The notes: generated by a model from the letters alone, not told the origin. A stretch of 64,000 nt of DNA from an uncultured delta proteobacterium (GCA_963727625.1 CAVSHR010000005.1:320001-384000), one strand, 5' to 3'; shown: positions 49,071-60,310, counted from the stretch's first letter. Translations and numbers: made by a program.

Positions 49071-49190
49071 AATTTCGGAATATTCTCGCAAAGACGCGAA
49101 GCCGCGAAGTTCGGAGTTTAAACTGAAAGTTATTCGAAACGTCAGTATCTCTTCTTTCTAAACTTAGCGCCTTTGCGCCTTCGCGTGAGT
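49071..49190. repeat. MITE-like element with inverted 9-bp-period arms (second copy)
   Basis: TTCTCGCAAAGACGCGAAGCCGCGAAG ... AAACTTAGCGCCTTTGCGCCTTCGCG; resembles 6101-6215. Confidence 0.55.
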
Positions 49191-49235
49191 CATTTCTGAA
49201 TTCGCGCCGGCCGACAAAAATTTCTCCCAACAATC

Positions 49236-50522
49236 GTGAGCAGAATCGGAAAATCCATCGCCGGCCTTTACTACGGCTGGCGCATGATCGGCATCGTCTC
49301 GGCGCTGCGCGTGCTCGGCGGCGGCTTGCACCAGTACGGCTTCACGGTTTTCTTCTTGCCGGTGACCCAGGAGCTCGGGCTCAGTCGCGCCGCCACTTCT
49401 CTCGCCTTCTCCTTGGCGCGCGCGCAAGGCTCGTTCGCCTCGCCATTAGTCGGCTATCTGGTCGACCGCTACGGCCCCAAGCCCATGATGATGACCGCGG
49501 CGTTCCTTGCCGGGGTCGGCTACATTCTATTTTCCCGGGTTCATGACTACACGAGCTTTCTTCTCGTCTATCTCGGCGTGATCTCGATTTCCTTTACGGC
49601 GGGCTTCGTTCACGCTCCCACCATCGTCGCGAACAATTGGTTCAATCGCTTCCGCGCCCGCGCCATGACCGTCGTTAGCGCCGCGGTTCCCGTCGGAGGC
49701 GCGATCATCACTCCGGCGTTGGCGGTCGCGGTGAGAGCCTTCGGCTGGCGCTGGAGCGCGTTTGGCGCAGGCCTTTTATTTCTCGCGGTGGGATTACCGC
49801 TGACATTTTTCATCCGGCGGTCGCCGGAAAGCATGGGCCTCGCGCCCGACGGCGACTCCGAAACCGAAAAGCCCGGTGCGGCGAGTCCAAGCCATCCTCT
49901 GCCGCGCAGCGCAGCGGACGTTACCGCCCGCCAAGCATTGCGTTCCCCCATATTCTGGACGTTGGTGCTCGCCATGACGGCGCGCTCCGCGGCGTTCACC
50001 ACCGTGACGAGCCACTTCATTCCGATGATGGTGTGGAAGGGATTGAGTCAAACCGAAGCTTCGGTTTTTCTCGCCGGCTTTGCCATCGTCAATCTGCCGA
50101 TCCATTTTCTGCTCGGTTGGATCGGCGATTTCGTCAACAAGCCGAGACTCACGGCGATCTGCATGTTTCTGGGCGTCATCGCCGTGTTGCCGATGCAGTG
50201 GTCGAACTCGCTCTGGGCGCTGTGGTTTTTCACCTGCCTCTACAGCGTGCTCGATGCGTCAATGCCAGTCTTCTGGGCCTCGGTGGGGGATTTTTTCGGC
50301 CGTAAATCCTTCGGCACCATCCGCGGCAACATGAATCTGTTCTACACTTGGGGCTCGATCCTCGGCCCTTTCATCGCCGGCGCCGTCTACGACCGCACGC
50401 AAAGCTATCAGATGGTCTTTTTCGGTATCACCCTAGCCTTACTGATCTCCACCGCCATGACCGCGCTCCTGATCAAGCCGTGGGCGAAACTTGGAACGGC
50501 CGCTCAGGCGCCAATCCACTAA
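49236..50522 (+). CDS. MFS transporter (OFA-like)
   Basis: YYGW, GYLVDRYGPK, DFFGRKSFGTIRG; about 12 hydrophobic segments. Confidence 0.88.
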   Translation: MSRIGKSIAGLYYGWRMIGIVSALRVLGGGLHQYGFTVFFLPVTQELGLSRAATSLAFSLARAQGSFASPLVGYLVDRYGPKPMMMTAAFLAGVGYILFSRVHDYTSFLLVYLGVISISFTAGFVHAPTIVANNWFNRFRARAMTVVSAAVPVGGAIITPALAVAVRAFGWRWSAFGAGLLFLAVGLPLTFFIRRSPESMGLAPDGDSETEKPGAASPSHPLPRSAADVTARQALRSPIFWTLVLAMTARSAAFTTVTSHFIPMMVWKGLSQTEASVFLAGFAIVNLPIHFLLGWIGDFVNKPRLTAICMFLGVIAVLPMQWSNSLWALWFFTCLYSVLDASMPVFWASVGDFFGRKSFGTIRGNMNLFYTWGSILGPFIAGAVYDRTQSYQMVFFGITLALLISTAMTALLIKPWAKLGTAAQAPIH

Positions 50523-50879
50523 GCCAGTACGCCGAGAAGATGGTATATCAGACCCCAGGCAGTCCTAAGCGACCTTATGCGTCAGCGTAATGGGTAAAGG
50601 ATTGTGGCCGGGGAGAGGCGAAAGGTTTCTTCGGGTGAGCGTTTCAATCCCAAAAAGCAGTTTCTAAGCCTCCGAATGGAGCGTATTTTAGAAACTTATC
50701 TTGAGTAATCATGACCTTGACCTGCCTGCTAATGGGCGACCCGGTAAGATCCGCAAAACCTCACGCGTGCCACGTGTTCGCTTCACCCGGAACGACGTAC
50801 CGCTGCCATGGCGACGTTTGTCCATCCCTCGGACCACACGGAACTTCTCTGCAATTGCCGGTTCGACTTCGGCTTCTGC

Positions 50880-53730
50880 CTATTCATGGCGGTGCGCCGC
50901 GGGAAATCCGGACCTGTCACGCAAGAGTTGTTGGAACTGCCCGCTTTCATTCAGCGCTTGGCCGAAACGCTCGCCGATGATTCTGTTTGCCGCCGGTGTG
51001 CAGTGGCTGCTGTCCTCGAAATACTCTCTCGTCGCAGGGAGCGCCCCAGCCACGTCAACGAGCACGGCACCGCTCTGCGAAGCGATTTCACGACAAACCC
51101 GATTGAACTCGTCCTTCACGTCGAGCAGGGCGGAAATCGACATGTAGGGCTGGTAGTACAGCCTCGAGCCGGCGGACCAGATTTGATGCAACCTCCGCCG
51201 ATCCCGCCGTATCCTCGATTCCCGCGTCAAGAGGACGACGATAGATACGCCATTCTGGATTTCGTCTATAATATCGCTATAGCCGCATAGAATAATTTTA
51301 AACTCTATGGTTCGTGCGGCTCAAATATCAGTTTTCCGCGGTCGCTCAACGCCCGGACTTGACGGAGATGAATGACGAGGTTCTTCTCGATGAGACCGAG
51401 CAAGGGCGACCATTGACCGAGCCGGCTCAAAACATAGTGGACCCCGGAATAACCAATCTTCCTCCGCGCCCAGTCGGCAGAACTACCGCCCGTGCCCGGA
51501 GCAAGAGCGACGACGTCGGGTTGGAACTTCGAAATCGATTCGCGATACTCGGACTCCCACCTGGGTAATGCCGTTTCCTGGTATCGCCGCATTGATGTAG
51601 TCGCAGGAAAACCCGCCATGTGCTCGGCGCAGCGTTTCGATCGCATGGAACGGCCAAGTCGTCTCGTTACCGCCACTCCAGGAACCGAATGTCAGCGAAT
51701 CACCCAGGAACGCGAACCGAATTGTTCCCGCAGACTTTTGCAAGGAAATATCGGGACTTCGGTATCCGTGCGAGTTCGCTACGACGGAACCAGACCCGGC
51801 ACCGGGTCTCATTCGGCGCAGGCCGGTATCCTTGTCCAGCGCAAATAAATCAAACACCTCCTTTTCAGACGCCCTCGATTTTCTATTAAACTTCTTCTTG
51901 CCGGATTGGCTGTTGCCGCGGTGGCGTGGAACTCGATCGTCGATCGTGAGCAACGGCAGGTCCGGGCTTCGCCCGGTTCGGGCCTTGCCTTCGAGCCCTT
52001 CGATTTTGGCGGCCATCGTCCGCAGCGTGCTTGCGTCACTGAATACAGCTTCAAGGCCTAATTCAACATGAAACAGATATTGACGCAAAAGGTTAATCTG
52101 CCCGGAGCATCGGATGAAAAAATCATCGTTTGATAGACTAGTTGACTGTAATAGTGCCTTCCAGAGCGTCTCAAGTTTGGCCTCAGTCGGGCTGGCCGCC
52201 CCATCGGCAAGCAAGCCCTGATGGTCGAGAAACCGATGTGGCCGCGGATTCAACGTCTCGAAGAGCTGGACAACCTGTTGCCTTCGTATCTTGCCCGAAG
52301 GTCCCCTCGGGATTTGCTCGACGAACACAAATGCCCGGGGCCATTTGAATGGATCGAGCCGATTGCGAAGATACCCTGATAAGCCCTGTTCTGTCACGTG
52401 CGAATTCGGCGTGACAACGATCGCCGCGCCAACGACCTCGCCCAGCGTCGGATGCGGGACGGCAAATGCCGCCGCATCGGAAATTTCCGGATGGGCAAGA
52501 AGCGCTTCGTCCACCTCGACGGGCGCGATCTTCTGTCCGCCCCGATTTATCATCTCCTTGGTTCGGCCGACGAGCGTCAGGTAGCCATCCTCGTCGAAGA
52601 AGCCCACGTCGCCGGTTCGGTACCACTCGCCGGAAAAGGCCGACTCGATCGCCGATGCACTGTGATCGTACCGATCGAACACGTTGGCGCCGCGAACGAT
52701 CACCTTCCCCCGCTCGCCATTTACCATAGGACTTCCATCGTCATCGACGATCAAGACATTGCTGTGGAGGGTCGGCGGGCCGACGGTTCCATGCTTACGG
52801 CGCCTCGGCGGCAACGGATTCCCGCAAATGCGTCCCGACTCGGTCGACGAGTAGGCTTCGATGACGGGCACGCCGAAGATCTTTTCCAGTCCGGCCGAGA
52901 TATTCGGGTGAATAGCGGATTTGACGAACAAAGGCAAGCTTTGATCCTGCGAGTGGGATAGAGCGAAGTATTTCCATTTCAAGTTTTCGGACGAGTCTGC
53001 TTGTTATAATGGCGAATATAACGCATGAGCTTATCTCTTTAGGCCGGGCAAGAAGTGAACACACCGCGGGCGATGAGCGCATCGCGCATCGAATCCGGAC
53101 AGAAACAGCCCCTTCATTCGGTGTGAAACAGGAGCGGCTGCTCGTCGCGCACGAGAAATGTCGATTCAGAACCGACACCAAATGGCGATGGCGCAGGGGA
53201 ACTAGTTTTGCGGCGCTGGTCGAGCCCGATGTGCCGAAGATAAAAGCAATATCGTTCGAGCACGTGACCGTGGCAGCAGCGTCATCCGCCGGAGACGGTA
53301 GGTCAAGCTCAACATGGCCCGCTGCGTCACCGGCCTGTCCGGATCGAACGTCGATGACCCTCAGTCCGGTGGCGCGCGCGATTTCGCGAACGGGTGTGTC
53401 GAGCCGCGCGTCGACCAGGACACCATCGATCCGGCTTGCAACGAGGTAACTGGCAAGGTCGGTTACCGGAACCTCGTCGCTCAGTGGCATCGCAATCGCG
53501 CGGTTCACGACACCAAGAAGTGTTGTGATCATCTCCGGGCCGCCTCGATGGACAAGCGCGAGGCGGCGCGGAACGAGCCCTGGCTTGCAGCTGGCGCGCG
53601 ATGCGACTGTGACACAGCGAGATCGCGGCAGCTCGTCGCGCTTGTCTTGGCTGCGATGCGCGGCGTCCGGCACGGCGATCGCCAATCACGGATCAGGTCG
53701 CCGATGATGCCGACAGCGACGTTCTCATGA
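50880..53730 (-). pseudogene. Degraded AMP-binding (acyl-CoA ligase-like) - carrier protein - SGNH hydrolase fusion
   Basis: TSGSTSAAK, EAYSSTE, YRTGD, GRTKEMINRGG, PRGPSGK; ACP-like TEAKLETLW...DDFF; SGNH GDSLTFG and DSSH; split over at least 4 ORF fragments. Confidence 0.7.
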
Positions 53731-54029
53731 CCCTTGTACTGGCGCGTATACACAGTAAATTAAACCACCTTCTGACCGGAGCTATATCGCCGCACCGGCG
53801 AACCGTCAACGTACGAGAGATTGATTGAGATACACCGCCGGTGCTCTAAATCCGAGTCGCATGTCATAGAAGTCTACTAACACACAGCGACGGCACATCG
53901 AGCGGTGTCAAACGAGGTAAAAGGACAGGGTAGGCCAGCGGTAGACCAAGACAGAAGCGCGGGATGGAGATTCGCCTCCGGAACAAAGGTGGAGATGCGA
54001 TAGATATAGTTAGGAGATTAGGTGATTTG

Positions 54030-54907
54030 TTTGTGGTCAGTTGCGAACAACGCTCGACCATGTTGAGCCAGGAGCTGGAAGTCGGCACAAAGTGCATATG
54101 GAATCGCGGGTGACGTTTGAGCCACGCTTTAACCTTGGGGTTTGTGGGTGGAGTAATTGTCGACGATCAAATGCAGGTCCAATGCGGGCACGGTCTTCAG
54201 ATCGATCAGCTTCAAAAACTTGATCCACTCCTGATGGCGGTGACGATCCATGCAGGTTCCAATGACGCTTGCTTCGGTTATCTCCAGAGCGGCATAGAGA
54301 GTCGTGGTGCGATTGCGTTTGTGATCGTGGGTTATGGTTCCAGTCCTTGCGTGAAAGGGCATCCGGGTTGGGTTCTGTCCAATGCTTGAACCGATGTTTC
54401 CTCATCGGCGCACAACACCAGCGCATGTTCGGGAGGGTTCAAATACAAGCCTACCACATCGATGACTTTCTCGGCGAACTTTTTGTCCCGGCTCACTTTG
54501 ACCTCTTGGCCAAATGCGGCTTAGTCTGCTGGCTTGCCAGACCCGGTGAACCATCGATTTGTCGATCCCAAGACTCTCGGCCAACGTCCTCACGCTCCAG
54601 TGCGTGGCGTCAGCGGCTTACTTTGAGTGGTCCTCTCGATAATCAAAGGAGCCATTCGTTCTCGCTCCTGGCCTGCGCCCACCCCGTGGAAGATCCCAAT
54701 CCCGCCAACCGGCGAAACGCGGGCGGGAGGCGGGGGCGATTTCGGTGATCTGGGTTATCGGTTTCTCCTTGCGTGCGATTTATGAAGCTGCTGAGCGAGA
54801 ACAGCTCCAACGATCACGTTTTCTTTTTATATAGTGCGCTACTGCATGGAACTCTCCTCCGAGTTAGACGAAGGATAAGTCCCGTTAATTCAGAGACACT
54901 ACACTAG
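54030..54907 (-). mobile_element. IS630-family insertion sequence remnant (frameshifted transposase, one end visible)
   Basis: Fragments [63 protein letters not shown]; end-like TAATTCAGAGACACTACACTAG at 54886-54907. Confidence 0.8.
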
Positions 54908-55115
54908 TATGCGCATCAGCTGACGTCGACTTTTTCGACATTCGCAAGTTTATCGAAGCGCCGTTATTGATGTAATCGCGCAGCACCGTCTTGCCGGTTT
55001 CCACGTCTCCAGAGAGCAGAGCATCGACGGCCTCTTTCAATAGGGCCTCGCGGAACGCCGCGTCACGGCGCGCGCGCTCCTGAATGGTTTCTTGGACTTC
55101 TCTGGTCAACGCCAT
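54885..55115 (-). pseudogene. Truncated addiction-module antidote/transcriptional regulator
   Basis: MALTR...TIQERARRDAAFREALLKEAVDALLSGDVETGKTVLRDYIN, then diverges; no HTH half. Confidence 0.6.
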
Positions 55116-55176
55116 ATCACCGCTGCTCTCTCTTGGTCGGGGATTGGGGTTAGACATCAGCTCTACAAGATTTACT

Positions 55177-56154
55177 CTACCGAAGCGCCGTTCTGAGCAC
55201 CCGCATCATGTTGCCGCCGAGAATCTTGCCGATGCTTTCGGCCGAATAGTTTCGTCCAGCGAGTTCGGCCTGCAGGTTTTCCCGGTCGAGGAGTTTGGCG
55301 CCGATGTTGTCGCGGCGGTAGATGCGGTCCTCGCTCCAGTCGCGTTTTTCGAATTCCGCCGCGAACGACGGCAGGTACGGCGCGATGCGTTTGGTGTCTT
55401 TGTACGAGCGGTGCCAATCGTCCTGGGCCGATACTCCGACATGGTCGATGCCGACGAGTTTCACGCAATAGTCGATCCAGTCCGCATACTCGCTGACGCT
55501 CGTGTTCGCGCGCACGTCCTGGCAAATCACCCCGCCTTTTTTCGCCGCGGCGACGATCAACGAATCCGGTGCGCTGCGGCTTCGTTGGAACAGGTTTCGG
55601 CTCGTCGAGTGGCTGAAGATCACCGGCTGCTCGGAGGTTTCCAATGCTTCCATCGCCGTGCGGTCGCCGGCGTGGGACAAATCAATGACGATACCGAGTT
55701 GGTTCATCCGTCGGATCGCTTTCTTGCCAAGAGAAGTGAGGCCGGTATCGACTTCACTCGCATAGCCGCAGCCGTAGTAGCTGTTTTCATTGAAGGCCAG
55801 CGCGAGACAGCGCAGGCCGAGATCGAAGAAGGCGTCGAGCAAGCGCAGGCTATCGCTCAGCGCTTTGGGATTTTGCAGGCCGAGTAGCACGCCGACCTTG
55901 TCTCGATTCTCCTGCCGATCGAGATCGGCGGCGCTCCGCAGAATGTAGGCGTGGGGATGGTCGCGCACGACCGATTTGACCATCTCGAAATTTTCGATGC
56001 TTTCGAGCGCATCGTCCCAGGTGAGATTGGCGGTGCAGCCGACGACACGAACACACTGCTCGTGCAATTGATCGAGAAACGCCGGCGAGAGATCCTCCGG
56101 CCAGGGCGCGCCGAGGCAATTGACGATCTGTTCCTGTGTGCCGACGGAACTCAT
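55177..56154 (-). CDS. Membrane dipeptidase (peptidase M19) family protein
   Basis: GLTSLGK..I.RMNQLGIVIDLSH, PVIFSH, VGIDHVG, KILGGN..RVL; GAGG RBS before ATG 56154. Confidence 0.85.
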   Translation of the reverse strand: MSSVGTQEQIVNCLGAPWPEDLSPAFLDQLHEQCVRVVGCTANLTWDDALESIENFEMVKSVVRDHPHAYILRSAADLDRQENRDKVGVLLGLQNPKALSDSLRLLDAFFDLGLRCLALAFNENSYYGCGYASEVDTGLTSLGKKAIRRMNQLGIVIDLSHAGDRTAMEALETSEQPVIFSHSTSRNLFQRSRSAPDSLIVAAAKKGGVICQDVRANTSVSEYADWIDYCVKLVGIDHVGVSAQDDWHRSYKDTKRIAPYLPSFAAEFEKRDWSEDRIYRRDNIGAKLLDRENLQAELAGRNYSAESIGKILGGNMMRVLRTALR

Positions 56155-56165
56155 CTTGTTCACCT

Positions 56166-57161
56166 CTATTTGATTCGATACGCCCGCGTTGCCGTGTCGT
56201 GAAACAACGCGGCGCGCTCGGCAGCGGAAAAGTTTTTGCTGATTCGTTTGAAGGCGTTCCACACGACGACGTAAGAATTCGAACGCTTTTCGACAGGGAA
56301 ATTGCTTTCGAACATGCAGCGCTCGACGCCGAACTTCTCGATGCAGTATTCGAAGTAGGGCTTTAATATACCGGCGATCTCTTCCGATGACGGCGGCACC
56401 GCGCGCTGATGCCAGTCGTAGCCCGACCGCGCCGAGCCGACGCCGCCGAGTTTGACGACGATGTTGGGACAGCTCGCGACCTCGGCGATCCCTCGGCGCC
56501 ACAATTGAAAGACTTCATCGCGCCGGCCGGCGTAGGGGCCTACGCCCAGGGGCGCGCCGATGTGATTGAGAATGATCGTAACATCGGGAAACGCTCGCGC
56601 CAAAGCGGTGAGCTCCGGGAGCTGGGGATGATAGAGCCAGGCGTCGAAGGTCAATTTGAATCTTTTGAGCCATGCAAATCCGCTGCGGAATTTGCCATCC
56701 GCCAACATTCCCGGTGGCGCTTCGCTGCGCAGCGCGGCGCTGGCGTCCCAGGTCGTCGAGTAGCGGATGCCACGGAAACGGTTCGGGCTTGCCGTCATGT
56801 GCGCTTCGAGCACAGGCGCGACGGCATCGCCCAAGGTGAGGTCGGCAAAGCCGACGATGCCGGCGGCGATACGCGTCGTGATGGACGGATCCGATGCAAC
56901 ACGGCCAGCTATCTCGTCAAGAAATGTGACTTCGCCGATCGGCTTGATCTGCTCGGGTCCATTTTTGTGGTAACCGTAGCCGCATTCGACGGCTACCGTC
57001 GAACTGATGCGATGGCCACTGCGAAGATCGACGAGCAAGTCGTTCAATAGGTAACGCTCGCGCGGCCGCTGCCAAAGATGGTGGTGTGCGTCGCAGATCG
57101 GCATGTCGGGCTCTAACGCGGCTTCGCTGACTGCTCCAGGGTTGCGATTTTCCATTGCCAT
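56166..57161 (-). CDS. Amidohydrolase family protein
   Basis: CDAHHHLW, RFRGIR, ILNHIG, RCMFESNFPV. Confidence 0.85.
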   Translation of the reverse strand: MAMENRNPGAVSEAALEPDMPICDAHHHLWQRPRERYLLNDLLVDLRSGHRISSTVAVECGYGYHKNGPEQIKPIGEVTFLDEIAGRVASDPSITTRIAAGIVGFADLTLGDAVAPVLEAHMTASPNRFRGIRYSTTWDASAALRSEAPPGMLADGKFRSGFAWLKRFKLTFDAWLYHPQLPELTALARAFPDVTIILNHIGAPLGVGPYAGRRDEVFQLWRRGIAEVASCPNIVVKLGGVGSARSGYDWHQRAVPPSSEEIAGILKPYFEYCIEKFGVERCMFESNFPVEKRSNSYVVVWNAFKRISKNFSAAERAALFHDTATRAYRIK

Positions 57162-57179
57162 TCTATGGTATCTCCAACT

Positions 57180-57300
57180 GTAGGGACGACCGGCCGGTCG
57201 CCCCTACGATGCTATCGTGGTGGTGAGATTGCTGTGCATGTAAATTGAACATCGCCATTGATGGTCACATGTAGAGGCGGGTTTAAAACCCGCCTCTACA
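57180..57300. repeat. Two GTAG-type REP palindromes
   Basis: GTAGGGACGACCGGCCGGTCGCCCCTAC (57180-57207) and TGTAGAGGCGGGTTTAAAACCCGCCTCTACA (57270-57300). Confidence 0.7.
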
Positions 57301-57328
57301 CCCATATTTTCGGTTCGTAATTGCGCCG

Positions 57329-58660
57329 CTAGCGGATCCGCCATGCACGCGGCAGAACGAGGTGGACGGCCAACATGGCGGCGGCACCCGCCGCCCCCAT
57401 CAGCGCCACCGCCCATTGCGTGCCGCACAGCACAGCCAACCAGCCGATCGCCATGCTGCCTGCGGTCATCACGACTTGCCCCATGTGAAACAACGCGATC
57501 GCCCGGCCGCGAAATTCCGGCGGCGAGTAGGTTTGAATCACCGTCTGCACCAGCGCGTGAGAGCAAACGTTGGCGAAACCGACCACGATCATCAACGCCA
57601 TCGACAGCTGAAACCACGGCGAACCGGCAAAAGCGACCACGCTCAAGCCATAGAGCACGACACCGCCGAGCATGAACAATCCTCTCGGCATCCTATCGCC
57701 AAAAGTGGTGATAATCGCGGCGCTGCCCAGAGCTCCGATGCCCATGGCGGTGAGCAGAAAACCTTGACCGGTGGCGCCGACGTTAAAAATGTCCCGGGCG
57801 AATACCGGCAAGAGCGCCGTGAACGGCACGATTAACAATGAGGCAAACATGGTGATCAGCAGACCGGCGCGCACGGTTTCGTTGCGCCAGCTGAACATCC
57901 AGCCTTCGATAATACTCCGACCGAAAGAAACCGCGTGCGCAGACTGTTTGCCGCCGCCCTGAGCCGTTTGCTCGGTGGCCTGGAGTCGCAGCGTCCAATA
58001 GGTCGCGAGCAGATAAAAAATCGCCTGGGTCCCGTAGGCTCCGCCGGTGCCGAATAAAGCGATGAGCACGCCCGCTAGCGCCGGACCGGTGCTTCTCGCC
58101 ACGTTGAAGATAACCGAATTCAGGCCGATCGCATTGGTCAAACTTTTCAGCGGCACCACATCGCTGATAATCGCGGCGCGCGACGGCTGCTGAAAGGTCT
58201 GCACGATCGCCATGCCGAAGGCGGTGACGTAAACATGCCAGGGTTCGATGCGTCCGGCGAAAATCAACAACGCCAACGCGGCGAACATTGCGCCATTGAT
58301 GATCTGGGCGATTAAAATCTGCGTCTTGCGCGAATAGCGGTCGGCGGCGCTGCCGGCGATCGGCGACAGCAGGAGAATCGGGATGGCCTGAACGCCGCGC
58401 ACCAAACCCAACTGCACGGTGGAATCGGTCAGCTCATAAATCAGCCAGCCGCGCGACACCTGGTCCATCCAGAAACCCATGGAAGTAAAGACATGGCCGA
58501 ACCAGAGCAGCCGGAAGTTTCGATGCTGCAGCGATGTAAGCGCGCGCCATCGCAGCAGCGCGTTGAGCGGCGACCATGATCCCGGAGCCGCTTCGGCGAC
58601 GCCCGCCACAGCCTCCGCGTCAGGCGCATTGTTATCGATGGGCGGGCGGGGCATCGCCAA
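57329..58660 (-). CDS. MFS transporter (MFS_3/DHA3-like)
   Basis: LQHRNFRLLWFG, AGSAADRYSRK, PPEFRGRA. Confidence 0.88.
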   Translation of the reverse strand: MAMPRPPIDNNAPDAEAVAGVAEAAPGSWSPLNALLRWRALTSLQHRNFRLLWFGHVFTSMGFWMDQVSRGWLIYELTDSTVQLGLVRGVQAIPILLLSPIAGSAADRYSRKTQILIAQIINGAMFAALALLIFAGRIEPWHVYVTAFGMAIVQTFQQPSRAAIISDVVPLKSLTNAIGLNSVIFNVARSTGPALAGVLIALFGTGGAYGTQAIFYLLATYWTLRLQATEQTAQGGGKQSAHAVSFGRSIIEGWMFSWRNETVRAGLLITMFASLLIVPFTALLPVFARDIFNVGATGQGFLLTAMGIGALGSAAIITTFGDRMPRGLFMLGGVVLYGLSVVAFAGSPWFQLSMALMIVVGFANVCSHALVQTVIQTYSPPEFRGRAIALFHMGQVVMTAGSMAIGWLAVLCGTQWAVALMGAAGAAAMLAVHLVLPRAWRIR

Positions 58661-58701
58661 CTCCGGTGCTATATCGACGAAGAAAATATTTCATTTTCGT
58701 C

Positions 58702-58732
58702 GGCTATAACACGCGGCCTCGACCGCCGTCCA
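58702..58732 (-). promoter_or_regulatory. Sigma70-like promoter (duplicated)
   Basis: Minus strand TGGACG-N18-TATAGC with extended TG; same boxes at 60311-60340. Confidence 0.55.
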
Positions 58733-58913
58733 GCCATGCGGTGATGGTTGAAAAAAATTGTTGTTTACCGCGTTTTGCTTAATTGCCGGCCGTGAAAATA
58801 GTTGACCGATCTGGCGATCGCCGGGAGCGCCGGTTCATCCGCCTCTGGAGACTGATTCACAAAGCTCTTGGGCGCCATGATCTGGAACTATAGACGGGCG
58901 AAGCTACTTTCGG

Positions 58914-60239
58914 TCATTGGATCTGGCGAGCCCGCGGCGCGGCAAAGAATAGAATGACCATGCACAATGTGCCGGTAATGGCCATCGAGGCGGCGGCTTT
59001 CGGCGCACCGATCAGCGCCGACAAAGCCCCGACGAACAGTCCACCGAGCAGGAGCAATACCTGCGTCATATGAAAAATCGACATGACGCGGCCGCGAATT
59101 TCCGGCGGCGAGTAAAATTGGAGCACGGTTTGCACCAGCGCGTGGGAACTGACGTGACAGAGGCCGATGATCGCCATCAGTATCATCGACAGCGGAAACC
59201 AGCGCGATGCCGCGAAGATCACCACCAGCACGCCGTAGACTGCGACGCCGCCGAGCATGATCAAGCCGCGCGGCATGCGGTCGCCGAGCGTGGCGATCAA
59301 CAGGGAGCTGCATAGCGCGCCGATGCCCATGGCGGTAAGGAGAAGTCCTTGGCCTTCCGCGCCCACCACCAAAATATCTCGGGCAAAAATCGGCAACAGG
59401 GTCGAAAAAGGAATCATGAATAACGCGGCGATCACCACCACCAGGATTCCGGTGCGGATGATCTCGTTGTGCCAAGCGAATTTCCATCCTTCGAAAATGC
59501 TCTGCACGAAGGATTCATCGTGCTTGCCGGCGCGCCGCGCGGAGGCTTCGGAATAGAGCTTCGAGCTCATCTGCACGGTCCACACGGTCGCCATAAGAAA
59601 GAACACCGCCTGCACCGCGTAGGACATGCCCGTACCGAAGAGCGATATCAGCACGCCGGCGAGCGCCGGCCCGGTGCTCCGCGCCATGTTGAAAACCACC
59701 GCGTTGAGGCCGATGGCGTTGGTCAAAATCTTGGTTGGCACCGTGTCGGAAATCATCGCCGCCCGCGACGGCTGCAAAAACACTTGCACGCATGCCATCA
59801 GTACCGCGGTCACGTAAACATGCCATGGCCGGATCAGGCCGGTAAAAATCAATGCCGCGATGACGGTATACAAGAAAGCGTTGGCGAATTGCGCGCCGAC
59901 CACCTGGAACTTGCGCGAGTAACGGTCCGCCGTGCTGCCCGCGACCGGTGAGAGCAGCAAAAAGGGAATCGCTTGAATGCCACGCACCAGGCCGAGTTGA
60001 AACGCCGAATCGGTGAGCTCGTAGATCAGCCACCCGCGCGTCACCTGATCCATCCAGGTGCCCATGGAGGCGAACACCTGGCCGTACCAAAGCAAGCGAT
60101 ACTCGCGATAGCGCAGCGCCTCGAAGGCGCGCAGCCGCACGATGGCGGAGAGCGGATACCAGAGTTTTTCGTCCGGCGCGACGCCGCCGTCCTGGGCAGC
60201 CGCCCCGGCCTTTTCTGGCTTTGTAGATTCCGATTGCAG
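58914..60239 (-). CDS. MFS transporter, tandem paralog of 57329-58660 (start uncertain)
   Basis: Colinear with neighbour: RGWLIYELTDS..QLGLVRG.QAIP, GSTADRYSRK. Confidence 0.85.
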   Translation of the reverse strand: MQSESTKPEKAGAAAQDGGVAPDEKLWYPLSAIVRLRAFEALRYREYRLLWYGQVFASMGTWMDQVTRGWLIYELTDSAFQLGLVRGIQAIPFLLLSPVAGSTADRYSRKFQVVGAQFANAFLYTVIAALIFTGLIRPWHVYVTAVLMACVQVFLQPSRAAMISDTVPTKILTNAIGLNAVVFNMARSTGPALAGVLISLFGTGMSYAVQAVFFLMATVWTVQMSSKLYSEASARRAGKHDESFVQSIFEGWKFAWHNEIIRTGILVVVIAALFMIPFSTLLPIFARDILVVGAEGQGLLLTAMGIGALCSSLLIATLGDRMPRGLIMLGGVAVYGVLVVIFAASRWFPLSMILMAIIGLCHVSSHALVQTVLQFYSPPEIRGRVMSIFHMTQVLLLLGGLFVGALSALIGAPKAAASMAITGTLCMVILFFAAPRARQIQ

Positions 60240-60310
60240 TACAGACTCCGACCGGCCGAAGGAGACGAGCAGGCTCGATGACCTAGAGCGCGAGTGTAGA
60301 ATTTCTTCCT

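Noticed and set aside
50641-50700. GTTTCAATCCC resembles the start of a CRISPR repeat; a nearby AGTTTCTAA...TTAGAAACT inverted repeat
   Set aside because: Single occurrence, no repeat-spacer periodicity and no cas genes.
60240-60300. CCGAAGGAG resembling part of a glycine riboswitch
   Set aside because: It is on the strand opposite the downstream gene, and the other conserved elements are missing.
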